Positions 25,432 through 32,788 of a stretch of DNA of 32,788 bases are shown here, one piece after another (the stretch's first letter is position 1; each line of letters starts with the position of its first letter). Source of the stretch: Nanobdellota archaeon (GTDB lineage: Archaea; Nanobdellota; Nanobdellia; SCGC-AAA011-G17; GW2011-AR17). The translations under genes were made by a program, and so were the position numbers. The notes beneath the pieces were generated by a model. That model had not been told where the DNA came from. It saw only the letters and a program-made list of their open reading frames with translations, and did no database searches. The stretch is taken from assembly GCA_030018575.1 (NCBI GenBank), contig JASEIA010000003.1:1-32788 (forward strand), read 5' to 3'.

Positions 25432-26622
25432 TCATAGCAAGAAGTAAAGCATTACAGGCACCAAAAGGCATCCCATCATGTTGCTTTTCCTTATGCCTGC
25501 ATAGTTTGCCATAATCCCCATTGATGTTGATGCAAAGAGGACAAGCAGGCCGAGAGAGCCGCTTAATGCAAAAGTCACTATAAGCATTATTCCAATCACT
25601 GAAAGGCAGAGCCATTTGTAATTCACTTTAGGGACAATTAAAGAGAACACAGCTGATATTTTTCCAGCGAGCATAACCGATATTCCGCCAACAAAAAGGC
25701 AGACTCCAAGCAAAAGGATTAATTCATTTGCAGTTATTGCTTCCATTATTTTTGACATTGCTACAACCGCGCCGTTCCTTGCCTTGCCGATTGCATAAAG
25801 CGTAATCAGGCTTACTACAAAGTTTGCAGAGCTTATTCCGCCCATCACGTAAAGGAAGCTTTTGCCGCTTTTTTCCGAGAATTGCGTTGTGAGCATCGCG
25901 CCCTGCGATGGCCCAAGCCCCGGAAGGAATGCGCATAGCCAGCCTGTGATTGCAGAGAGAAATGTCGCAGGGATTGAGCTTTTGTCCAAATCAAGCTTTG
26001 GCGGCAATTGTTTCGGCACTTTTGTGCTTGTTTCCATGCTAATTAGCAATGTGCTTACTCCAAAAAGCCCTGAAAGAAGGGGCAGTAATGGCTCTTTCAA
26101 TGCGTGCATGCCAAGCGTGAAATAGCCGAGAATGCCAGACGCAAGGAAAATTATTAATGCCCATAGCTTTCTTTCCTTTGCAAGCAGGTAAATGACAGCT
26201 GCAAGTATTATCCATCCGACATAATTTTGTATCAGCGGATAGACAATTGTGAAAAGCCAGATTGTAGGCAATGCAAATGCGATTGAAAGAATTAATGCGA
26301 AAAAGCAGCCCGCTGCTGACAGCATCACAGCCTCATTGCCTTTGCCTTCCAATAAGAGCTTATGCCCGGGCAGGACTGACAATGCAGTGTCCGCCTCAGG
26401 CGCGCCTAAGAATATTGAGGGTATGCATTCAAGAAAGCTTTGGCATACGCCCATTGAAATTATTATTGCCGCAATTGCCAATGGTGAGAAATAAATTAGC
26501 AGGAAAGGCGACACTGCAAGCATCATCGCGGATATTGTGTTTGAGTGTATTCCCGGCATTAAAGCGGCTATCAATCCCAGTATAATGCCTGCAAATGCCG
26601 CTATTAGTATTTCCCCGAGCAT
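25432..26622 (-). CDS. TctA-like (DUF112) membrane protein
   Basis: MPGIHSN, PSIFLGAP, LPGH, PLLSGLFG and LPGLG motifs; highly hydrophobic. Confidence 0.85.
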   Translation of the reverse strand: MLGEILIAAFAGIILGLIAALMPGIHSNTISAMMLAVSPFLLIYFSPLAIAAIIISMGVCQSFLECIPSIFLGAPEADTALSVLPGHKLLLEGKGNEAVMLSAAGCFFALILSIAFALPTIWLFTIVYPLIQNYVGWIILAAVIYLLAKERKLWALIIFLASGILGYFTLGMHALKEPLLPLLSGLFGVSTLLISMETSTKVPKQLPPKLDLDKSSIPATFLSAITGWLCAFLPGLGPSQGAMLTTQFSEKSGKSFLYVMGGISSANFVVSLITLYAIGKARNGAVVAMSKIMEAITANELILLLGVCLFVGGISVMLAGKISAVFSLIVPKVNYKWLCLSVIGIMLIVTFALSGSLGLLVLFASTSMGIMANYAGIRKSNMMGCLLVPVMLYFLL

Positions 26623-26655
26623 AAGGCGCTTATGTATTTTTTCCTTTTAACAATT

Positions 26656-26711
26656 GCCTTCAAAAAACACGCGTTTTTCCGCAGATGTTGGAAATCCAGC
26701 GGGATTTTTCA
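26656..26711. repeat. Degenerate Family A repeat, copy 3
   Basis: AAAAAC acgc GTTTTT, an imperfect central stem, then AAATCC agcg GGATTT; same order as copy 2. Confidence 0.5.
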
Positions 26712-26799
26712 TTTGCTTTTTATACTCTTCCAACTTCATTGAAAATTTTGCGGAATTTTGCGGGAAAGGATTAAAAAGGAGCAGCGCATATTCTGCGGC

Positions 26800-27714
26800 A
26801 TGGGGAAATATTACCTATTAACTGCTGTTATTGCAGCAATTGCATCGGCTTTTATTGCGTATTTTGCATTAACGGGATTTGCCGGAGAAGAAGCATTCCA
26901 AACTGACGCTTATTTCTGCCCCGCGGATGACTGCTTTGGGATAATTGCAGGATTAATCTCAAACGCAACAAAAGCAGACTGCGCTTTTTACACGTTGAAT
27001 TCTGCGGAAATTGAAAACGCCTTGAAAAGCACGGATTCAAGGCTTGTCTCTGACAAGAAATGCCTTTCCGGAATTGAGTGCAGGGCAAAGCCTTCATACA
27101 GGAGAGGGCTGATGCACGACAAGTTTTGCATCCTTGATGATTCAATTGTAATCACAGGCAGCTTTAACCCGAATGAAAAAAGCAAATCCTATCGCAACAA
27201 TGTTGTTGTACTGCATTCTGCTGGATTGGCAAAAGAATATTCAAAAGAGTTTGAAGAGCTTTGGAATGGGAAGTTTGGAGGCGGAAAAAAAGGAGGCTCT
27301 GAATCAGTGTTTTTCTGCCCTGAGGATGACTGCCAAAGGCATCTGATTGATGAATTAAGCAATGCCCGGGAAAGCATTTACTTCATGACATACAGCTTTA
27401 CAGACAATGAGATAGCTGGCGCATTGCTGGGGAAAAAAGAAGAAGGCGTTATCATAAGGGGCTTTTTTGACAAGTCGCAGAACAGCAAGTGGAGCGTATA
27501 TCCGAGGCTTCAAGGCAAGGCGGATGTTGGAGTGTATTCCAAAACAGCCCTCCACCACAAGGTTTTCATCATAGACAATGAAACAGTAATAACCGGAAGC
27601 TACAACCCCACGCAGAACGGCAATGAGAACAATGACGAGAATATGCTGATACTGCACAACAAGCAGATTGCCGCCTCTTTTTTAGCTGAATTCAGTTCAA
27701 TTTCTCAACCATAA
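26800..27714 (+). CDS. Membrane-anchored phospholipase D/nuclease superfamily protein with two HKD motifs
   Basis: MHDKFCILD...TGSFN and LHHKVFIID...TGSYN; N-terminal TM; start moved to ATG 26800. Confidence 0.9.
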   Translation: MGKYYLLTAVIAAIASAFIAYFALTGFAGEEAFQTDAYFCPADDCFGIIAGLISNATKADCAFYTLNSAEIENALKSTDSRLVSDKKCLSGIECRAKPSYRRGLMHDKFCILDDSIVITGSFNPNEKSKSYRNNVVVLHSAGLAKEYSKEFEELWNGKFGGGKKGGSESVFFCPEDDCQRHLIDELSNARESIYFMTYSFTDNEIAGALLGKKEEGVIIRGFFDKSQNSKWSVYPRLQGKADVGVYSKTALHHKVFIIDNETVITGSYNPTQNGNENNDENMLILHNKQIAASFLAEFSSISQP

Positions 27715-27747
27715 CCTATATAAATAGCTGCCTTGTTTCAACCTCTT

Positions 27748-28647
27748 ATGAAGAAGTCATTTTTCAGGCAGCCGAATGTCTCAGAGATATTCGAGAGAAA
27801 GAAAAGGATTGACATAAGCAGAGAAAGCGATTTGGTTGCAATGATAAATTCGTGCATGCCAAGCTTTGCGCTTTACGTGGATTTTCCAATACTGCCCAAG
27901 CATTACAACCACGCAAAACACTTCTTAAAATATGGCAATGAGGCAATGGTTGGAAATGAAATCTGGATACCACCCAAGCAGGCGATTGCAGAGGCATTGC
28001 ATTATGCAAATCCGCCTTTTGCGAGCTTTGCAGTCAGGTCAAGAATTGACAATACTACTGTAACAAGGACTTTATTGGACACGTGCCTGCAGGGAATGAA
28101 GATCTATGCGTATTCAGTGAACAATGCGCCCATAAAGATTGAAGGGCCTTACAGGGCTCCAAGGGCAATAGCATACATAGGCGCTGACTTTGTTGTGTCA
28201 GTGCCTTCAGAGGAAATAAAGGAAGACAGGCATACTGTGAGGTTTTCCAATGTTCCTTTGTATGACAATTACCAGCAAAAAAGATTATGGACAGACATTG
28301 GCGCTGTATGCGACTGCGATTTTTCAAAATGGTGGATAACAAGCAGGTATCACAAGGAAAGATTGTTCTGCCAGCACGCTGTAGCTGCTTATTTCGCGGT
28401 TGCTTCTGAAAGCCATAAGAAGGGGTACATAACGCCTTCCCAGTCTGTTCCATTCCCGATATTCTCAGAAGAGGCTGTTGAGTTCTGGAACAAGATGCGA
28501 AATAATGTTGTTGCAAACAAGGGGAAGCATAAAACGCCATTAAACTCCGCAGAGCGCTCATTATTGCTCGGCGAATACATAAAAAGCCACGGCGTGAAAG
28601 GGGCCATGTACCACGGCGGGAAGAAAGCAGCGGACTTTGGCTGGTAG
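27748..28647 (+). CDS. Hypothetical protein with a SWIM-type zinc finger
   Basis: CDC-x16-CQH motif; TATATAAA at 27717-27724 supports a leaderless ATG at 27748. Confidence 0.7.
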   Translation: MKKSFFRQPNVSEIFERKKRIDISRESDLVAMINSCMPSFALYVDFPILPKHYNHAKHFLKYGNEAMVGNEIWIPPKQAIAEALHYANPPFASFAVRSRIDNTTVTRTLLDTCLQGMKIYAYSVNNAPIKIEGPYRAPRAIAYIGADFVVSVPSEEIKEDRHTVRFSNVPLYDNYQQKRLWTDIGAVCDCDFSKWWITSRYHKERLFCQHAVAAYFAVASESHKKGYITPSQSVPFPIFSEEAVEFWNKMRNNVVANKGKHKTPLNSAERSLLLGEYIKSHGVKGAMYHGGKKAADFGW

Positions 28648-28726
28648 GCGGTAAGTTATAGGCGGGTAGCGCAGCAGCCTTGTGGCTGTGGCAACCATTA
28701 TAAACCATTAAGCTCATTATATTTGC

Positions 28727-29143
28727 ATGGAAACATTAAAGATTATACTGATTGCATCCGCTGCCCTGCTGATTTATCTGCTCTTGAAGACAGGAACCTG
28801 GAAAAGGATGCCGATTATATCAACAATATTCTCAATTGCGCTATTCTTGGGAGCTGTGGCTATTGCCATAGTCCTTGGCTCTGTCCTGATATTTGTCATT
28901 CTGGCAGTAATAGCAATCTTCCTGGTAATCTTCATCATATTAAGGATTTTCGGCAGGGCAAAACTCTTCAGGCTTTCAAAAGGAAGCTTTAGAATAAGCA
29001 GTGAAGAAATAAGGAAAGCAAATAAGTCTTCCGAGCAAAGCGAAGCCGCGCGAGCAGAACGAAGTGCGGCTTCGAATGAAAGCGAGAAAGGATGGCTGCG
29101 AACGCCGGTGAGCAAGAAGCCGAAAGTTAAAGTGATAAAATAA
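28727..29143 (+). CDS. Small membrane protein with a basic tail containing an in-frame repeat element
   Basis: Hydrophobic N-terminal ~75 aa; TTATAAA ~23 nt upstream of the ATG. Confidence 0.72.
   Translation: METLKIILIASAALLIYLLLKTGTWKRMPIISTIFSIALFLGAVAIAIVLGSVLIFVILAVIAIFLVIFIILRIFGRAKLFRLSKGSFRISSEEIRKANKSSEQSEAARAERSAASNESEKGWLRTPVSKKPKVKVIK
29024..29091. repeat. Family B-related palindromic element inside the CDS
   Basis: CTTCC GAGCAAAGCGA...GAACGAAGT...TTC GAATGAAAGCGA GAAAG with a perfect stem CGAAGCCGC (29041-29049) / GCGGCTTCG (29066-29074). Confidence 0.68.
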
Positions 29144-29184
29144 CCCTTCTTGACGAGAAAGGCGCGAGAATAAGGAAGCCTTTA

Positions 29185-29301
29185 ATGCTGGATTCCAAAA
29201 CAGCCGGATGGGCTGATTATTTTGTAATGTGCATTAAGCTCGGCATGGACCCGAAGGATGACTGCAAATACCTCGCCGGGCTGACAAAAAAGAAACACTA
29301 A
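29185..29301 (+). CDS. Possible 38-aa small protein or gene remnant (MLDSKTAGWADYFVMCIKLGMDPKDDCKYLAGLTKKKH)
   Basis: Manual translation; fills the gap before the rpl15e stop; no recognisable family. Confidence 0.3.
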   Translation: MLDSKTAGWADYFVMCIKLGMDPKDDCKYLAGLTKKKH

Positions 29302-29307
29302 AAATCT

Positions 29308-29904
29308 TCAGCCCCTTCTTAAGCCGTATCTTCTAATCATCTTCTTCTTGTTAGCGGACACTGAAGGCCTCATTTTCTCAGCGCCCTTTCCTTTGTGCCT
29401 AAGCCCTCTTGACTTTCTTGAAGCAGAAGTAAGCCCCCTGTACACTCTTCCCCTCTTGCGGCAAATCCAGCTTATCCTCTTGTCAGCCTTTATCTCAGGC
29501 GCATTAGGGTCAACCATTATAATCTCATACCAGAAATTCTTTCCGTCATCGCCGGCATAATAGGAGTCAAGCACTTCAAGGTTTGAAAACTCGTCCTGGC
29601 ACCTCTCCTCTGCAACGCCCCTGTAATTCTTTTCAACAATCTTGAGCATTCTTGAATTATGGCTCTTCCTGCCGCTGGAAATCCACTCTCTCCTTCTTCC
29701 GCCCCTTGCCAATCTGACTCTTGCAACAACAAAGCCTTTCTTTGCCCTGTACCCCAATCTGTGGGCCTTGTCAGGCCTTAAAGGCGAATCAACTTTCAGG
29801 ATTGCAGGCTGCTTTCTCCACTCAACAAGCCTTGTCTTCCATGCGACGCCTAAGTTTTCCTTGGGCTTCTCCCAAATTTGTGCGAGGTATTTTGCTAATC
29901 CCAT
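29308..29904 (-). CDS. rpl15e: 50S ribosomal protein L15e
   Basis: RLVEWR, RPDKAHRLGYRAKKG, VAEER, NLEVLDSY and GRVYRGLTSA motifs. Confidence 0.96.
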   Translation of the reverse strand: MGLAKYLAQIWEKPKENLGVAWKTRLVEWRKQPAILKVDSPLRPDKAHRLGYRAKKGFVVARVRLARGGRRREWISSGRKSHNSRMLKIVEKNYRGVAEERCQDEFSNLEVLDSYYAGDDGKNFWYEIIMVDPNAPEIKADKRISWICRKRGRVYRGLTSASRKSRGLRHKGKGAEKMRPSVSANKKKMIRRYGLRRG

Positions 29905-29938
29905 ATCTCATCTGTGAAATTGGGGTGGTTTATAAGTC

Positions 29939-30589
29939 TTGCGGTTTGCTCCGCGGTGTTGCATAATTAATTTATTCACGGCCAAAACCAGATTTGCTTT
30001 ATCTCAGGCATATTTTTATGCTTTAGCTTTTATTATGCTTATTTTGCTTCTTTCAAATCTTTTATTTTTTATAGGAAAGCCCGAGGTTGCGGTGGCTGGA
30101 GATGTGGTTGGCAATTCCCTGCTTAAGCAGATGTATCCTCTGACTGTCAACCACAATCATTTTGGTAATGCTGCAAAATATGTTGATTTTGTAATGAGTT
30201 ATAGTCAAAAGGATGCAATCATACTGACTCAATTTGATGAAGGGGCTTTCCCTCTTTTGTATGCTCAGCAGGTTGAAGGAAAGCGAAAAGATATTATAAT
30301 CTTATCTGGGGGTATTCTTACAAACCAGCCGTGGTACAGGCAGCAGATTAAAGAGGAATACCCTCAGCTCAATTTGACAATTTATAATAAAGCGGGCGTT
30401 AATCATATAGACTTGTCACCTCCCTCAGTGCTATACACTTTGACAGATAACCCTCTCTTTCTTAGTAAGTTTGACAAGTCTTTGCTTAAGGAATATTCAG
30501 GTCCAAGGCTCTTTATGACTGAACATAATGCTCTACCTTCAGTTTTACAGGAATTTCATGGATTTAAGGCTGTGCCTATTCCAGTTTGA
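29939..30589 (+). pseudogene. C-terminal fragment of a DUF2723/TMEM260-like membrane protein
   Basis: AIILTQFDEGAFPLLYAQQVEGKRKDI...WY resembles the DUF2723-family C-terminal motif; the multi-TM N-terminus is missing; no good start. Confidence 0.55.
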
Positions 30590-30625
30590 AGGAAGTGCTA
30601 TTTATTCTGTCTTCCCGGTTACAGG

Positions 30626-31072
30626 CTATTTCTCCGCCAGCTCAAACCTTGTTTCAGCGACTATCCCATTGCTGAACATCACATAAATGCCATATATGCC
30701 GAAGCCCATATTCATCTGACTTGTATGAATATTAAGCATATATTGTTCATTAACAGAATCGATAGAGATGTAATCATTGCCTGTACCTGAAGTGTTAAAG
30801 GTTTGGTCAATATTTAGACTTAGGTTTACTACTCTTATCTGAATCCCAGCATCCTCATAAAAAGCCCCCGAGCAATCTTCAGCTGTAAACTTAAAAGGCA
30901 GGAATGCCCCTTCCTGCAAATAAAATTCTTCCAATTGCGTTATGGGCGGAAGCAAATTTCCTAATCCTGAATCACAGCCGCTGAATACTGAGCAGCCGTA
31001 TGTTTGCGGGCATAAATCTTCTGAATCTTCAATGCCGTCGTTGTCTGAGTCAGGGTTAATTGAAAAAGACAC
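30626..31072 (-). pseudogene. C-terminal fragment of a surface or secreted protein (TSP3-like Ca-binding repeat plus PxKF-like domain)
   Basis: DSDNDGIEDSEDLCP and LPFKF motifs; no signal peptide; GTG start only. Confidence 0.55.
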
Positions 31073-31445
31073 CCAAAAGAAAAGGGTAACCTAATTATGG
31101 GATACTACACTAAAATTTAGCCTTTTCCGACGAGATTTGAATATCCTCTTCGGAAGATTTTCCTTTTTTGTTTCGACGAAGCACTTTTATATTTTAGCAC
31201 ATTTATCTCAAAAGTAGCGATATGATAAAAATATTTTAATGATAAATATGCTGTTCTGATAAAAATACTAGTTTTTACCGCCTTATAGTGCCAAAATAAA
31301 TGTGCATTTTCACATATTTGCACGAGGGTAATCTTTATGCAAAAATACAAAGATATTTAAATCATAAAAGTCATCTTTCTGATGGGAAATCAGGTGTTGG
31401 ATTAGTAATTTGTCAGCATCATAAAATCATAAAAGGGAGGACTTT

Positions 31446-31526
31446 ATGAAACGTGTAAACATAGCCATAAAAGAGGAGACGCATGTAAGGGCGAAGATAA
31501 AAGAAGCAATAAGGGGCAGGGCATGA
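31446..31526 (+). pseudogene. Internally deleted ribbon-helix-helix gene, copy 1
   Basis: MKRVNIAIKEETHVRAKI|KEAIRGRA*; lacks 24 codons relative to 31956-32132; GGAGG RBS. Confidence 0.8.
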
Positions 31527-31911
31527 ACGAAAGAGAATTGTTAAAATTAATGAAAAGATGGGGCTTGGGATTCACAGGATGATTCAAGCATGCATAAAAC
31601 AAGGGCTGCCAGAGCCTAAGTTTGAAGAGCGCCAGGGATTTCGGGTGGTTTTCAGGAAGGATGCCTTCAGCGAAGAATACCTGAAAAGCATCAATCTAAA
31701 TGAGAGGCAGATAAAGGCCGTGGTGCTGGCAAAAAGAAAAGGGGAAATAACCAACAAACAGTATAGGGAATTATTTGGGATAACTGACAGAACAGCACTC
31801 AGGGATTTGAATGCAGCCTGTGAAAAAGGGGTTTTTCAAAGAATCGGCGTAACAGGAAGAGAAACAAAATATGCCTTACCCCGACATAAACCCGACATAA
31901 ACCCGACATAA
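31523..31911 (+). pseudogene. Internally deleted AlbA_2/HATPase/wHTH (RecG_C-like) gene
   Basis: MNERELLKLMK start (ATGA overlap with RHH copy 1) joined out of frame to EKMGLGIHRM...GLPEPKFE...LNERQ...ITNKQY...TALRDL wHTH tail. Confidence 0.75.
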
Positions 31912-31921
31912 ACCCGACATA
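31880..31921 (+). repeat. 11-bp tandem repeat CCCGACATAAA, ~3.8 copies
   Basis: Units start at 31880, 31891, 31902 and 31913 (last partial); the array spans the stop codon. Confidence 0.95.
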
Positions 31922-31955
31922 CAATACAATTAAAGAACAAAAAGCGGAGGACGTT

Positions 31956-32132
31956 ATGAAACGTGTAAATATAGCTATAAAAGAAGAAACGCATGTAAAG
32001 GCGAAAATCATTTCAGCCCTTACAAACAAGACGCTTAGCGACTATCTGCAGCAAGCTGTGGAGGACGCTATTGAGAAAGACAAGGAAGTAATAAAAGGAA
32101 TAAACAACGATATAACAACTTTGAAGGCATAA
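31956..32132 (+). CDS. Ribbon-helix-helix (CopG/HicB-like) DNA-binding protein, 58 aa
   Basis: MKRVNIAIKEETHVKAKIISALTNKTLSDYLQQAVEDAIEK strand-helix-helix pattern; GGAGG RBS; absent from the supplied ORF track. Confidence 0.8.
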   Translation: MKRVNIAIKEETHVKAKIISALTNKTLSDYLQQAVEDAIEKDKEVIKGINNDITTLKA

Positions 32133-32175
32133 AATTGGTGATGAAAATCTGGCTTTAACATAGAAACTATATCAT

Positions 32176-32788
32176 ATGACAAATAAAAATATATTAAAAG
32201 AGGACAGGGAAAAATCATTCAGGAAAATATTGCTTATAGCATTTGCCTTGTCAGGCTTCACTGCCCTGGTATATGAAGTGGTATGGGCAAGGCAATTGCA
32301 GATAGTGTTTGGCTCAACTGTTTATACATCATCCACAATACTCGCATCATTCCTCGCGGGGTTTGCTTTGGGAGCTTTTGTCTCAGGAAATAAAGCTGAC
32401 ACTGCAAAAAATCCAGCAAAAATATTCGCATATCTCCAGCTTGGAACAGGCGCTTTTGGATTCCTAAGCCCGCTTCTTTTTTCTGCTTTGCTTGCACTGC
32501 AGGCATTCATTCCGCTTTCAGGAATCGCGTCAATGCTGAATTTCATAATATGTTTTGCAGTAATACTCATACCTGCAACAATGCTCGGCGCAGTATGGCC
32601 TTTTGCAATGAAGGCTTATGCATTGTCAGCAGACAAGGGGAAAGACATTGGAAAGGCGTATGCATTTAACTCATTTGGAAGCATGTTCGGCGCCCTGATA
32701 GCGGGCTTTGCATTGATGCCATTGTTTGGGCTGAAGAACAGCGCAATGATTGCAGCATCATTGAATGTTTTAGCTGCACTTGTGCTTT
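32176..32788 (+). CDS. Fused MFS-like/spermidine synthase family protein, N-terminal membrane part (runs off the window)
   Basis: Manual translation: LSGFTALVYEVVWARQL..FGST...FLAGFALG...PATMLG...IGKAYAFNSFGSMFG; open to the window end. Confidence 0.85.
   Translation, partial: MTNKNILKEDREKSFRKILLIAFALSGFTALVYEVVWARQLQIVFGSTVYTSSTILASFLAGFALGAFVSGNKADTAKNPAKIFAYLQLGTGAFGFLSPLLFSALLALQAFIPLSGIASMLNFIICFAVILIPATMLGAVWPFAMKAYALSADKGKDIGKAYAFNSFGSMFGALIAGFALMPLFGLKNSAMIAASLNVLAALVL

Noticed and set aside
31117-31350. 77-aa ORF on the minus strand
   Set aside because: Non-ATG start, AT-rich regulatory-looking DNA, and no motif
31880-31921. CRISPR array
   Set aside because: 11-bp units without spacers and no cas genes; the 18-bp pair at 20393/20426 is also only two copies around a TATA box
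515-32570. Numerous antisense or alternate-frame ORFs in the track (e.g. 3754-4200, 7564-8142, 18224-18760, 28055-28717, 32258-32570)
   Set aside because: They are shadows of well-supported genes on the opposite strand or in another frame
1-32788. Stop-codon reassignment as the explanation for the gene fragments
   Set aside because: TAA, TAG and TGA all terminate intact conserved genes, and the fragments lack whole domains rather than being split by stops

Overview
Archaeal chromosomal segment, most likely DPANN/Nanobdellota (Woesearchaeales-like). This is inferred from rpl15e, the secF-secD order, TATA-box leaderless promoters, a PRC-barrel CdpB-like gene and the gene families present. The backbone carries an intein-containing VirB11/TadA-like secretion ATPase, three paralogous membrane proteins behind the PRC-barrel gene, a GT4, an M50 peptidase with TraB, an ABC exporter, a Ca/Na antiporter, SecFD, RMD1-like, DUF362, TctA-like, PLD and SWIM-finger genes, and rpl15e. 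Three accessory zones interrupt it: (i) an AT-rich Tsp45I-like type II R-M pair at the left end; (ii) 18.9-23.4 kb, where two AAA_14/DUF4143 ATPases sharing a palindromic operator architecture alternate with truncated Lrp-like and TrmB-like regulator remnants, followed by an HTH-MNT gene, a truncated partner and a thrC fragment; (iii) 29.9-32.1 kb, with more gene fragments, a duplicated RHH gene and an internally deleted AlbA-like gene. Two families of short structured palindromic repeats recur in intergenic DNA, and one copy lies in-frame inside a CDS. No rRNA, tRNA, CRISPR array, transposase or integrase was seen. All family assignments come from motif recognition, not database searches.
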